Made by a program: the position numbers and the translations under genes. A stretch of DNA of 62,633 nucleotides, the filler included, from Squatina squatina (taxonomy: Eukaryota), in the NCBI GenBank assembly GCA_031763465.1. It is 4 parts of 4 records of this genome, joined end to end, with 100 filler letters (N's around TTAATTAATTAA, not from the genome) between each part and the next. Parts side by side here need not be neighbours in the genome. Positions count along the whole stretch, not along the records: positions 47,964 to 62,633 come from JARFOE010000016.1; 3 more parts are not named here. The stretch is one strand, 5' to 3'. The notes under the pieces were generated by a model, which saw only the letters and a program-made list of their open reading frames with translations, had not been told where the DNA came from and did not search any database. Of the stretch, positions 49,071 through 62,633 are shown piece after piece. Position 1 is the stretch's first letter; each line of letters opens with the position of its first letter.

Positions 49071-51719
49071 TCATGCCACCTACACATTCGAACTAAATAT
49101 TTTCAGTGGTGAGCTTGGACAGTGGGTGTTGACAGGACATTTGACTGTTGGAATCAGCCAAAGTCAGCCCAGTCCTGTCCTCCCATGATATTCACTTGCA
49201 GCAGTAATCACCAGAGTGCACTCAGAAGTGGAAATCTTTGAGGGTGAAATTGCCTGATGCCTCCACGGAGGCCTAACGCCTAAAGTTATGCGCTTAGTAG
49301 TGCCTCCATTTGGAGGCGCTACAAAGTTGTTAATTTCGGTAGTTTTCCAGTGGAGGTGAGATCGGCAGTCAAAAATTTAAGTCCGAGATAGATAGATTTC
49401 TAATCAGTAAGGGAATCAAGGNNNNNNNNNNNNNNNNNNNNNNNNNNNNNNNNNNNNNNNNNNNNNNNNNNNNNNNNNNNNNNNNNNNNNNNNNNNNNNN
49501 NNNNNNNNNNNNNNNNNNNNNCCTGGTAGACTTGTATGAAGCACATGGCACAGTCATGCCAGGAGGGCTTTTCTAGACTTCTGACAGTTCTTTCTAGATA
49601 AGTTGGTTTGCACTGTATCTTGTGGAGAAAATTAGCTCCCTACAGGAAGTGGATCATGTTGTAGGATTATGGACTTATTGATAGCTGCTGGAAGGTCATG
49701 ATTTACCACCTATGGACTAATATAACCATCTCAAGTGTCTTCCGTCATGAGCAAGCCTAGAAATGAATGTTGGCAGGACATTCAACTGTGAGCTAGTATT
49801 CACAGGAACTCAATAAAGGTCCACACATACAATGATCCAGGAACTGGAGTGAAGGCCACTGAAGTTTTTATTATTGAAGCCAATAGCAGTCCTGGCCAAG
49901 ATTAGGTCATTCAGCAATGATCTCTATTGTCGGTTAGCTTCAATACAATACCACAACCTACACCTACCATTGAACTGTTCCAATGTCTTCATTTTCATTC
50001 TTAGAGTTAACTTCTAACTAATAGAAGTCAGAAGTTATTGTGATGAAGCTCTCCACACAAATTAAAATAATTTTGACTGGTTAAGAACTGTGATCAGTTG
50101 GATGCAACAGTGATTAATCATGGCCTACTGATGATGAAGCTGAGATGCATAACAGAGAAGGTTCTACAGATTTTAATTTAGACTCGAAGTCTTTCCAAGT
50201 ACTGAAATACTGCCATAACCTTTTACAGAGCACCACAGGGTATCTTTTACTCAAACTAGGAGAGCGACAAAGCTCCACATTATTTCAAAGTGTGAAGGCC
50301 TCCAGTGGAGGTAACCCAATTGGGTTCCTCACACCACCATGCTGGTACAATGCCAGCTGAATTTTTAAGATTGCACTTAATCACTATGAACTTAATGTGA
50401 ATTCCTAGAAGAGAATGGGTGTTTCAGGAACCATTTGTAAGGAAACTATATGTGTGTGAGGCCTTTTCCTTTTTTATTAGTAAAAGGCAAAATGATTTAT
50501 TCACACTGAACAGAGGTGCCTTTTTCTTCCAGTCTTTTCATTAAGGTCCTTAATCAAGCAGCATGTTCCACTTGGCTAGGCGTATGTACCAAGAGATCGT
50601 CTGGCGACTTCAATATACTTGGGGCTTGTTATCAAATAACATTCTAGAATACGCCAAATCTCAAAGTTCAATACGTGAGTGAAGAATATCAGTGATATAA
50701 GAGCATCCTGGACTCACCTTGCTGTGGTTGTAAATCGCTTTCAGATCTAGCTTGGACAATACACATGAACCAGTTAGCTCAGCGACAATTCTATCCTGTG
50801 TGGCCATGTTATATTATCTGTTTGACCACTTTGTTGGTCACGCGCATTTCCGCACAGAGCAGGCCATCATTATTTCTAGATTTTGTTATGCTCACCAACG
50901 GTCAGGCAAATGATTTGTTACATAAAATGATTGTCCTCACTTGGGACACATTTTTACTAAGTCCAAGGATTTGTATGTAAACCCACTGTGCTTGGGAAGC
51001 AAATTGCTCCACACTTGCTAAATACAGAAATCCACAGATATCAGCTGCCCCACATCACTTGATCTGACAATTGATGATACCCAAGTGGTAGGATTACATT
51101 ACTACTTCACCTCCAGTTATCTTATTTTCCATTAGCTCTTTTAGTGTCTCCTTCATTTTCTTTCCATGTGAATGGGGATTTATTAAGTCGTTACATGACT
51201 GGCTGGATGGATTCACCCATGTGTGGTTTCATTTGCACTTATGCTTACAGATGCCTCAAAAGATATTTGGAAATCCCTTCCATGCTTCATTAGCAATGTT
51301 GCTTTCCTCATATTCAGCAACTGCCGCTCACATGCTGTCTGTAGGTTTAAGAGTGACCCAGCATTTTCCTTCACAATGTATACTTCACCAGTTCTGCCTC
51401 TTTTCGGCCTGTGCTATTGCTATGATCTTACTGAACATCGAAAAAGTGTATAAGAGCCAAATGGAAAGAGATGCACTGAGTTTTTCTGTGGTCTCAGCTT
51501 TGAACTGTACTCATGTACTACGAATTTCACCCATTNNNNNNNNNNNNNNNNNNNNNNNNNNNNNNNNNNNNNNNNNNNNNNNNNNNNNNNNNNNNNNNNN
51601 NNNNNNNNNNNNNNNNNNNNNNNNNNNNNNNNNNNGAGGCCAGCCAGGAGTGCGTTAGAATAGTCAAGTCTAGAGGTAACAAGGTCCTTCCAGGCTGCCC
51701 AAATCTCCCAGGCTGCAGA

Positions 51720-51955
51720 AAACAAGTCACCAGTGCCGTCCTTGCCACAGCAAACCAGTGCATTACCTGAACAAAGGGAGAGCTCTGGGATTGGCAGCAG
51801 TGGTCGATCTCCCTCATACCCAGCACGATAGACTGCACTTGCGTAACAATTAAGGCATCAGCAGACAAGTCAGCTGCTTATGTCAACAAGAAGGGCTTCC
51901 CCTCCATCAATATTCAACTGGTATGTGATCACCACAGAAGGATAGTGCACATGGT
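51720..51955 (+). mobile_element. Harbinger (HARBI1-like) DDE transposase fragment
   Basis: Reading from 51828 gives IDCTCVTIKASADKSAAYVNKKGFPSINIQLVCDHHRRIVHM, matching IDCTH..IKAP....YVNRKGFHS.N.QLVCD. It is not in the ORF track. Confidence 0.85.
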
Positions 51956-52217
51956 GGATGACACCTCTCCACAGCCCCTCCACACCTGAACTACAGAGGC
52001 TCAAGAAGAGCAAGACGTTTCTTTCTCATTGCTGGGTCCCTGACGTCCACATCTTTGTCCTCCTCAGCAGAGCGAATCTGATGGGCACACTAACATTAAG
52101 TTCAAAATTTGCCTAACTGGGAAAGGGAGCCCCTCACCATGATGCCCTGTCACTGTGCGATAAAATGCACACTAAGCTCATTTTGATGCTTCCTGCATGT
52201 ACACAGTGTACTATGGG

Positions 52218-52479
52218 TAGGGTGATCAGACGTCCCGGTTTTGCCAGGAAAGTCCCGGTTTTTGAGCCAACATCCCAGTGTTCCAACAATTACCTGAAAA
52301 TGGCTCAAATGTCCTGGGTTTCTGCACAGTCTCGACGGAGAACTGACTGCGCACGCGCAGTCCTGACAGAGACTTGGCTGCGCACGTGCAGTCAGGTCTG
52401 TGCAAAAAAACCTGGGCATCAGGACTCGGCACAGTGCCTGATTTTCCTGGTATAGGATCATGAAAATCTGGTCACCCTA
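52218..52479. mobile_element. Complete hAT-type MITE (262 bp) with 8-bp TSD
   Basis: TIRs TAGGGTGATCAGA ... TCTGGTCACCCTA match at 12 of 13 positions. The TSD ACTATGGG occurs at 52210-52217 and 52480-52487. Confidence 0.92.
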
Positions 52480-55400
52480 ACTATGGGGGAAGAGAGAGGA
52501 GATGCATTTCTACAGAGTACGCACATAATTTTATGCGTAAATGCTTTTTACATCAGAGAACATAAGTTTGCATCAAATTCCCTCGGGAACATCAGCCATT
52601 AGTTTGCGAATAAAGGACAGCATTTTTGTTAATAGCAAAGACAGCAGGAGGCAGATCAAATGCATCATTTAGAGTCTTCATTGCTACACATTTGAAAGAA
52701 AAATCTGCTATTAACCACGTTTTGAGAGATGGTTATTGTAAGACACAGCAGGCTCAATCTCCCTGTGACCATTTTAATTGTTATTAAACTAGACCGAGCT
52801 CCCGTAGCGTTGATCAGGGTGAGTTGGAAGATTTGCTGTTTTTTAACAATAGGGGTGTTTAAACCATGTAGGGGCAACTGGTTTACAGTAACTGAATACG
52901 CTTAATTCCATTTGAAACGATATTCTGGGGTATTTACTGGTGCTTTTGTATCAAATTTCACGACTCTGTCTGTTATTGGAATAGCATTTATTTCATGTAG
53001 ATTCCTTTAACCACATANNNNNNNNNNNNNNNNNNNNNNNNNNNNNNNNNNNNNNNNNNNNNNNNNNNNNNNNNNNNNNNNNNNNNNNNNNNNNNNNNNN
53101 NNNNNNNNNNNNNNNNNCTACCCTCAACTGATGCCATGCTTAATTTAAGATGATTGGCCCCGGATATTGCTGAATCAGCCTCTGCCCACATCCTCAGAAA
53201 CTCTTGTTTCTTGTTCTGCTTTAGATGATGAACAGATCGCTAACTCGGCTTTTGCTCCAGACTCCCCCTCTACCCCCACAATCCGTGCCTCAGGATTGTG
53301 ATTGAATGAACAGCAGCAAGGTCATTGCTGAGATCTGAACTGATGGTGTTAACATTCTGTGAGGTAATGTCTCCAATGTCAGCTAACTGCACCTGTCGTT
53401 CACCATAACCCCGAGTGGGAGATAAACAATTAGGCCCATCAGTCTTCCTCTTCAGTGACTTATCAGTGTGAAGCAAGGCCCCTGCTATTAATGGAGTCGT
53501 TTATTTTCTATCCATTTGGAGCCCCTTTTGTCACACCGCCATTTGCACCAAGCAGGATCCCAACATATTTTTCCAAATAACATTGCTGAATAGCGAATGT
53601 CTCACTGGTGACAGTGAATTATGGCAGGTCTTTCATGGATGTAACACAGCCCATAACTCGTCAGTGCCATAAGCCAAGTGAGTTATGACTGTCGTTTACA
53701 CAAAATGAAAGAACATCTAGTACGCATTATTAGGAAGATGTGCTCTTCATTGTAATTGCACACAGGACCTGATGCAATCATCAGCAAACCGTAAGCAGGC
53801 CACCCAAGTTATTAATAAATCATCACATCACTTCAGACCAATTGAAAAAAGTGTTTAGCTCTGTGTATAAACCTCAGGCAGCCTGTCACCTCGTCTCCCA
53901 GACTGGAGACTCAAAAGTTATGTCAAAAAGACTCAGGAGACATACTTGGAAACCACAAACCAGTAATTTTAACATCCATTGCCAGGAAAGAACATAAGAA
54001 TACTGCGGATTTATAAGAACNNNNNNNNNNNNNNNNNNNNNNNNNNNNNNNNNNNNNNNNNNNNNNNNNNNNNNNNNNNNNNNNNNNNNNNNNNNNNNNN
54101 NNNNNNNNNNNNNNNNNNNNGAGGCCGACAGCGAACGACAAATTCTGCGGCAGGCGGGGCGGGGGCCAGCACAAGAAATGGCGGCTTCTGCCTTTCGGCC
54201 TCCTTGTATTTCAGCCAGAGAGCCTAGTCAGATGTTATTTGATCTGTTTATTAAATGTAAACTGTGCCTTTGCTAAATATGTCTATACTCATGAATTCTG
54301 ACCATGATTGAAACTACGCTGACTAACTCACCCTCCTCCGATCCTTTTCCTATATCTGTGGGAAGTGTCACCATTGCAGGTAAGAACCTAATTCTCCAAG
54401 ACAGGATCTTAGATTTTCGTTAATTCAAGCATTAAGTGCATGCCCCAGGGACAGTAATCCGGTGGGCCAGTTACCAGATTTGTGGCACGGTGCTACATTT
54501 TTTTTTCCTGTGGCATGTGTTTGCCAAGCAATTGCAAGAGCTGTATCTTTTGGATAATGTTAGATTACAAAATGGCAATGTGCAGTGGATGTGAGTTAAT
54601 TATGATGGGCTTTCAGACAAGACAACTGGTAAAGCTTTGACAAAATGCCAGCTAATAAAATTCAGAACTGTCAGCACCTAAGCATTGCTCTATGCAGGAC
54701 TCTAATTAATATTTTATCACTTTCTATGTAACTCAATAGGGAGTAGGTCTTAAGTGCCCACAAACTCATGTAAATGAAGGAACAAGATAATTATTGTTAA
54801 CTAAAGCAGGAAAAGGTATAATTAACATATTAATTGTGTTTTACTGTGGAAACCTTAAAAATCAAACTGGTTTTAACATTTTTTTAAGGGTTGCTGAATG
54901 TGGTAGATATTTAAAGCATCAGAATCCATCAGTTAGTTGTAGAAAGAGAGAAATTACATTGACCAAATTATATTCCATTCCGTCCTACTGTATAAACTTC
55001 CAAAGGAACAATTTCTTATTCATGCATGTTGCATAGAATTGAAATGGACAAAAACTATTCCATTTCATTCCCATTCAGTAGAATCCCAATGGATTAAATG
55101 CCTTCGCATTCATTCCCATTAATAAAATCCCGATGTACCAAAACCTTTCCCAATCAGGTGTATGGAACAGAATTACAATGGACTAAAATCCAACTCTCCC
55201 ACAGTGTACAATGGAAAAAAATCACTTCTCATTCAACATTATAACAATTTTATTGGGTCTCCAAACATAGCATGCTAAACTTTACAGTCCAGATCTTGTC
55301 CCAATATAGGAATGAAAGTTCAGAAATTAGTGTTAGCAGATGAAAAATATGCTGGCTTTGTTATTCAGTGAAATATGGCTGATTGTTATCATGAACTTGT

Positions 55401-57639
55401 AGGTACTTCCTATGCTTGGCTTGATAGCTTCCAGTGCAATCCATTCCTTTACTTGTAACCAGTCTTTCGGCATTAAATCTTTATGTGGCTACAATGGGTC
55501 CCAACAGGCTGCAAAAGCAAGCAGTCACTTAACTGATATTTNNNNNNNNNNNNNNNNNNNNNNNNNNNNNNNNNNNNNNNNNNNNNNNNNNNNNNNNNNN
55601 NNNNNNNNNNNNNNNNNNNNNNNNNNNNNNNNNNNNNNNNNCTCCTATAAAATTAATGGTTTACCATTTGCTGTCTTATTTGCAGGCTCAAGCTGGACAG
55701 AATTACTTTCTCCAGAATCAAAATGCCTTTTCCAACATGTTACGGAGTTGGTGGACATAGTTACCAGGATGTAGAAGTACTTACTAAACCCTCTAATCCG
55801 TGTCTCTGTCTCCAATTTCCTGTGCTCAGAATAACCTAACCTTTCTTGCCGCCTGTAATATCCTGCACTATACTTCATTTTTCAGAAAACTTGGGTGAGA
55901 GCATGGAGGTCAGAGGCTGGGATACAAAATCAGGTTTCTTGGTAAATGATTGCACCCACAAGCCACTCAACTAAAGTTAGATCTCATTAGATATAACAGT
56001 GGTAGAAAAAAATCTGTTGAATGGGTGTGAAGATGAAACTCAATGATCAAAGAGTAATAAAGGATTGATTGAGACAAACTTGCCTAAGCCCAGTGGCCAT
56101 TCTATAAGTCACATCCATCTTTGTAAGAATGATTATGCTTGCGGAAAAAAAGTGCTTTCTATTTCAAGGGATATGGAACCTATTTGAGTTCATATAATGG
56201 GCATCTTGAGCTCTTTGATTGAAAATGCTGACACTTTTTATTGAAGAGGATTCCAATCCAAAAATTACTTCAAGGACAGACACGGCAAAGGTGCTCCTGT
56301 TCGGTGAGCTGTCAATGCCGTAATGTCACAGCGGACAGTCTCGCTGTCCTGATTATACAAAGGCAGCAATACTCTCCACGAGATAGTTTCAGAAATTCGT
56401 TTTTCAATTCTCCGCGTCAAATTACGTGTTGCTTTTGTGATGAAAATAGAGCTGGTTCAGTTAAGAAAACGCGGAGCAGATCAACGCAAAGCATCAAAAA
56501 GATAGTTTAGTCATCAGTGCTGCACTTCGACTGATTTAACGAGAATCCGGGAATGAACAAACTTGCTCATCTCAGTTCTGCAGAAATTGTATGCAAAACA
56601 GATTCGGGGACAGATACACAGGTCACATACACTGAGCACAAACACACTGTCCACTGACAGAGCACAAACATTGGATCAAACTGCAAATATACTGAGCACA
56701 AACATTGGATCACACTGCCCATATANNNNNNNNNNNNNNNNNNNNNNNNNNNNNNNNNNNNNNNNNNNNNNNNNNNNNNNNNNNNNNNNNNNNNNNNNNN
56801 NNNNNNNNNNNNNNNNNNNNNNNNNCAGTGCTTAATTCACTGAGTTCCTTCAAAAAGTTGAATGATTATCTGGCAGGAAGTGGAGTTAAAGGTCACAGTG
56901 ATACATTTTGACCAAGATGATTAACTAGTTGTGGAACTGCTGAATGTTTTTCACCAAGACCACTGCTCAATGGGTGCTGTGCATGTGCGATGATGAAGGT
57001 CAGCTGTAACTAAATTTCTGCCGCCCCTGAGGCACAGCATGTGACACACTGGAAGGGTGCAAGGATTCGAGGGAGGGGCACCAGCAGCTGTTAAAGGTCT
57101 GTTGGACGCTGTTAAAGGGAAACTGGCTGCAATTTTTTTTAAATGGCAGATACAGGGCACAGAGGTAGTCCGGTGGCATTCCACGATGCTGCTCTGGAGA
57201 TGCTGCGGGAGGGGCTAAGATAGAGAAGGGTAGATCTTCTTGGAACAGTAGTCATCCTCCAGTCAAGTGCACTACCAAAGCAATTTGGATGGCGGGCACT
57301 TCACAAGTTGATGCTTTCACCTGTGCCCCAAATCTGGGAGCAGGTGTGGAAGGCTGAGCTATTCAAGGTTGCCATGGTATGAGCTATGCATAATTTATGA
57401 ATGCTGTTCATCAATGCAGCAGCACAAAAGGAAAGCACAAGAAAGAAGGAAAGTGCAAGAGGGAATTGCAGGAGCTGCAAGATGCTCCAAGATTGCTCCA
57501 GGGTTCCTACAGCTACTGAGCCATTAACTGCAGGCATAGTATCCAAACGCCCTGAACCCGCAGTCATTCCAGCCAGGTGGAGGGCCCTGGCACTGGTACA
57601 ATTACTTCAGGGGAAGTTGTAGATGTAAATAGTTTGTCT

Positions 57640-57950
57640 AACAGGCACGCAATGTCAGCATCAAACACTCAAAGGCCAGAGATAGCATTGCCAGATGCAA
57701 GGTAATGCTTAGGCTCCACTGCTCCAATCTCAGACAGCAGCCCCAACTGCATCACTGCAACATCTTGTTCACTTCCTCTCTGTGATATTTCAAATTAGCA
57801 TCCAATTAGGACAGTTTTGCACTGTTGGGCCCATGGCTGCTGAACTGAGACTGCTCAAATTCACTGCACATGCACATTTCCCTCCCATCAGTCTGGGCTG
57901 AAATTGAACCCAGGTCCCAGAGGTGAAAGATCAGTGCCTGACCCACTGCA
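57640..57950 (-). mobile_element. tRNA-derived SINE resembling LF-SINE
   Basis: Reverse complement has CTTTCACCTCTGGGACCTGGGTTCAATTTCAGCCCAG (B-box head), then GTCTCAGTTCAG...AATTGGATGCTAATTTG...CAGAGAGG, recalled as similar to LF-SINE. Confidence 0.5.
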
Positions 57951-60900
57951 CAACTGTTTCTCAACATAGGCCTTTGTCAAACTCTTCAGCCACTAACGAC
58001 GCTTTAACAAGCATTTTTTTCCTACTCTAAACTCATTTCAGGATCTGGGGTAGACTGAATCTGGTGGTGACCACAGAGGAAAAAAAATGCGTAAACATTT
58101 TTCCTCCCCAGCTAAGTCATGGCAACTTTTGTGTTAAACTTTACAAACCCAGGAAATATGTTGTGTTATATATTCTCTTAGTTCCAGGCGATGAAAACGC
58201 TAGGTTAATTCTTTTCTTCTATCTCTCTGGATAAATGTGCAAGTGAAATCAGTTGCTGATTATCTCCAGAATTCTGCTGCTGTTAACAATGCTTCAGATT
58301 GTTGATTTGACAAGCTCTTCGGCGCTCAAGAGAAGAAACAAGGAAATTGCTAACCCTATTGCTGCTAGCCATATTTCAGCAGCGACTGTGAGCAGGTAAT
58401 GGCTTTTCAACTGACAGTGTTTTCCCAGGCCTTCCTGTTGAATGGCCTTGTGGAGTCATTAATCTGTGCCTACAGGACCAGAAAGAGCTTTTTCTGTCAT
58501 TGCACTTTTTTATAGCTTGTTATTGCATTCTTGTACATGATAGATTACTGCAATGTTACAAACCAGCAGGTCTACAATTGTCTTTCTTGGTCAGTGCAAG
58601 CTTGATATTTCAACATTTGAAGACATAACCATTCCAAATGATCAAATAATTCATGATCCGACCCAATCCTAAAGCCACAACACCAAGTTTCATGTCAAGA
58701 AAGCGCTTAGGAAACATCAGAGCGATCCCAAAATAGAGGAGAGAAACCTCGGACCTCGTTTACGGATGTTAAATGGGCGTAACAAGAGCCAATTTAGGGG
58801 GGGAGGTCAACATCCTGCGCCCCAAGGTCAGTTTTTCAGACGTCAGTGGGAGCTGCCAAAAACAGGCATTAGACCCATTACAAAAGCGAAATACTGCGGA
58901 TGCTGGAATCTAGAATACAAACAAAAATTGCTGGAAAAACTCAGCAGGTCAGNNNNNNNNNNNNNNNNNNNNNNNNNNNNNNNNNNNNNNNNNNNNNNNN
59001 NNNNNNNNNNNNNNNNNNNNNNNNNNNNNNNNNNNNNNNNNNNNNNNNNNNNGAACATCAGAGCCATCAGATATCCAAGCTGCCTCTAAACACTAAAAAT
59101 ATGAACATAAGGTGACTGAGACGCTCAAGTAAGAGTACAGATATCCCTCTTTATAAATTATGAACATGTATCAGTATGGGCAAAGAAAAATGGCCCCCAG
59201 GCCCTTGAGACAATTTTGTAGAGCTCCAGAATATCACTCGAACAACATGACCTACAATATTTGATCCTGACCAATTGCATTCCACAAATGTTATTTCCAT
59301 GGCCCCATCGGCTTATTCAGGATCACTAATATCCCAAATCTGAGCTCGCAAATTGGATAGGATAATAAAAGAACTGCAACTATTTTGCATAAAGTTAATT
59401 TTTGGTTCTCAATTCCATTTATTATCTTAAATAGTGATAATAATTGATTGCCACATTTAGAGAACAATGTGAATTAAGAATGGTTGGATACATTCTTGTT
59501 ATTTTACTGAATATTCAGTGTTAGCAATTTACAGAAACTCATTTTCATGGATGTTATGATACAATAAAAGCTTAGTCCATTTTAATAGCTGCAATGGACN
59601 NNNNNNNNNNNNNNNNNNNNNNNNNNNNNNNNNNNNNNNNNNNNNNNNNNNNNNNNNNNNNNNNNNNNNNNNNNNNNNNNNNNNNNNNNNNNNNNNNNNA
59701 TACAATAAAAGCTTATTCCATTTTAATAGCTGCAAAGGACATTCAGTACTCAGATATATAATTGGGCCAGAATAGAAATGCAAATTTAGAAACTCCGATT
59801 AGAATGAAGGAGCACCCTACCCCTCATTGTTCGAAAAAAAATTGTGAAGCACTCAAAGAAAATTCATTTTATTTTAATATTAGGAGCTGTAGGTTTTTTT
59901 TTGAAGAAAATTATATATTTTTTTAAAAGGCATATAATAAGGTCAAGTCTTTTAGACTGCAATAGACAGAGTCATCAATGCAAAGTGTAGTTTGGAGGAA
60001 TGGCAGGGAATAGCCCTCGTCTCAAGCAGGCTGATATTTAATGTAAGTGTGAATTGTTATTGATGGAGCTATAATTGAAATAGTGCAGCATTCACCCCTG
60101 TTGAATAATGAATTAGCAAACGAAAAGAGTAAAAAGTCACCCTTTTCATACCAATTAAAATATATATTATCAGGAGGAGGATTATTAAATATACGGTAGG
60201 CATTCTAAACCAAGACCATTTGAAGTAAAATAATCACTGGAATGTAGCACATATCATAGAATCTATTTTTAACATAAAAAATCATTTTCATTTCACATAG
60301 GCTGCATGTTGGGACAGCATAGCCCCTTAGAATCCTGATTTCAAAATGGCCACCTTAGCAACATTAGAACTGATCAGGTCAGTAAAAAATATTTTTTCTT
60401 TCTGCAAGTAAAAACAATTTTGTTTTTTGTAACACAGATTTTTCAGGCACTGTATAGACAACAAATTCGGCATGTAGCTCATTTAAATATTTTTCATTCC
60501 CTTAAAGTATTTTTCAAAAATATCTGAGTGTTCATTGAGATGCATGGCAGTGGCACAGGAATGGAAGGTCTTCCCCTGCTGAACCCTTATCTTCCCATCA
60601 TAGGNNNNNNNNNNNNNNNNNNNNNNNNNNNNNNNNNNNNNNNNNNNNNNNNNNNNNNNNNNNNNNNNNNNNNNNNNNNNNNNNNNNNNNNNNNNNNNNN
60701 NNNNTTGCAATTTTCTGTGTTGTCTATTAATTTTGCGGAGAGACTCGCACAGCTGTCACCACACCTGGTAATTCTAGTGTGATTAATTCTTCATCGTCCC
60801 AGATTAATAATGTACAAGGTGGCATCCGGCCAGACTGTCAGAAATGGTTGGTTAGTTATTAACATTACAGTTCTGGTGCAGTGAGCAGATGTCTGAAATA

Positions 60901-62139
60901 TGTCATGGTTTTATTAGCTCGCTGAGTCTGAGCCTGGTCGGCAAGACTCAGAATGCTTATGTAAAGCTGCAGGATATTGAAGGATGGATATCTTATAAAG
61001 TTAGGTCATAAACATACTGTCAGGATTACGAAAAGCAGGCATGGCTTGGAGAACGGTGAAATTGTTAACTTCCAGTTTTGGAAAACAGAAGATTTTTCAT
61101 TCTCCGTTGTCAATGGTACAATATAGTGTTGTATTATTGTGATATATAAGTTCTGATCGATTGGTTCAAATTCAATTGATGATGTGCTCATGAGACACTC
61201 CAGCATGCGGTGGGTGGTTCGTGCCGAAGGAAACTGGCCAATAATCTTCCCCTGCAATTTTATCTACTCTGATGGCACTAATTTGCGCTGGAGTGTGGGT
61301 CCACAGGCACTGTCTGTTCTCCAGTACCTCACGAAAGATGCCATTCTTCATATGTGAGCCTAGAAGGGGAATGTTTGCTGGAGGTTCAACAATGGGGTGG
61401 GGGGAAATTACAGCCAGGCCCAGTCCCTTCCTCAGCCAATATCCACAAGTGTACTTTCCAGTAGTAGTCACTGGATAGTAATCAAGAGCAGGAACTCTGC
61501 CTTATTTATTACCCTTCCCCAGCCTGAAAGCATTGAGGCTTAATTATAGTGCCAGCACCACCGATCTTTTTTAAATCACCAAACTTGGTACTGGGCAAGG
61601 ATCAAACCTGCGATCTTTCTGGTCTGTGTGGCTTAGTAGNNNNNNNNNNNNNNNNNNNNNNNNNNNNNNNNNNNNNNNNNNNNNNNNNNNNNNNNNNNNN
61701 NNNNNNNNNNNNNNNNNNNNNNNNNNNNNNNNNNNNNNNTAAGGGCACTATATCAATGCAAGTTGTTGTTGGCATATCACTGATTGGAATCATGCAGTGT
61801 GCATGGATTGGCCGGAAGCCCACAGGCAAGTGGATGGTAGATCCCACTGTGCCTGTCAGGATCTGCATGCGGTGGAGACTCAAAAGAGAAAGACAGCCAT
61901 TATTATGAGTAGACTTTGTCTGAAATACAATGTACCAATATTCAAAGTCTGCATTGTTGGGGGCCTGCTCAGAACTTTCCGCTTACTGCAGTAACCCATT
62001 GCTTAAATCTGACATTTACACTCTTACTCGAGGCCATATTTTACAAAATTATGCTTCAGAGAAGGACACCGTACATATATTATGTTGGCATATGCAAGGT
62101 TGATTTCTGTCTATCCTGTTAGTATAGGACTGAACTTAT

Positions 62140-62480
62140 GAATGGCAGGTTTTTAAAACTATCATGGATTTTGAAAGAATAGGAAAAGACTATTTTCTCT
62201 GGCTGAAGTCAGTGACAAGGTGTCATCAATTTCAAAATTGTCACTGAGAACAAGGAGCGAGGTTAGAGGATTGTTTTATGCAGCAGATTGTTGGAGCGTG
62301 GAATGCTTTGCCACAGGGAATACTTGAAACAGAGACCATTGCACCTTTTAAGAATAATTGGATAATTATTTGAAGCAGAGGAAGATACAAGGCTCTGGTC
62401 GTGAGATTAGTTTTAGATTGCTCTGGTAAAGAATTTGCATTGGCATGATGGCCTCCTCCTGTGTTATAAACTTCTCTGAT
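62140..62480 (+). mobile_element. CR1-type LINE 3' fragment
   Basis: GTTGGAGCGTGGAATGCTTTGCCACAG (W.ALP motif)...TTGGATAATTATTTG...GATGGCCTCCTCCTGTGTTATAA. Confidence 0.65.
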
Positions 62481-62633
62481 TCACAATTTTACATAAATTT
62501 ATTACAAAAAATGAAGTCTAAAGACATACGTATAGTTACTGATGTATGCAAATGTTCGAAAGGAAGTCAGGAAGCAAGAAAGAAAAGAAAAAGAAAAAAC
62601 AACTTCTCTCCCTGCTGGCTCGGTGAGTTAATC

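Noticed and set aside
59425-59480. Possible AKAP7 long-isoform exon (..NYYHY.. versus ..GYYHC..)
   Set aside because: It is followed closely by stop codons, with no further similarity and no suitable donor.
61822-61856. Hairpin ACAGGCAAGTGG...CCACTGTGCCTGT as a pre-miRNA
   Set aside because: The stem of ~14 bp is too short and no known mature miRNA is recognisable; probably a MITE remnant.

Overview
This is vertebrate genomic DNA, most likely from a shark or ray judging by the SINE, CR1 and Penelope repeat complement. The draft assembly is heavily gapped: dozens of 100-N gaps, one gap of about 970 N, and three artificial N44-TTAATTAATTAA-N44 linkers. Three protein-coding genes are recognisable. 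(1) A TWIST2-like bHLH gene with an uninterrupted CDS (+, 6259-6759) lies just after a ~4.3 kb 37-bp satellite. (2) A BRINP3-like MACPF gene (-) has four visible coding exons, equivalent to exons 2, 3, 7 and 8; exons 4-6 are not visible. (3) A two-exon 74-aa AKAP7-alpha (AKAP18alpha)-like microprotein (-) is present, and the ORF track misses its first exon. There is also an intron-containing tRNA-Arg(TCG) gene or pseudogene. Mobile-element remnants include CR1/L2 LINEs, Deu-type and LF-SINE-like SINEs, Penelope-like termini carrying minimal hammerhead ribozyme cores, Harbinger transposase and Myb fragments, a Gypsy integrase fragment, an intact hAT MITE with an 8-bp TSD, and a tiny polyA retro-insertion with a 20-bp TSD. 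Each of the three genes sits in a different linker-bounded block, so their adjacency may be an assembly artefact. No clearly new biological system can be demonstrated from the sequence alone.
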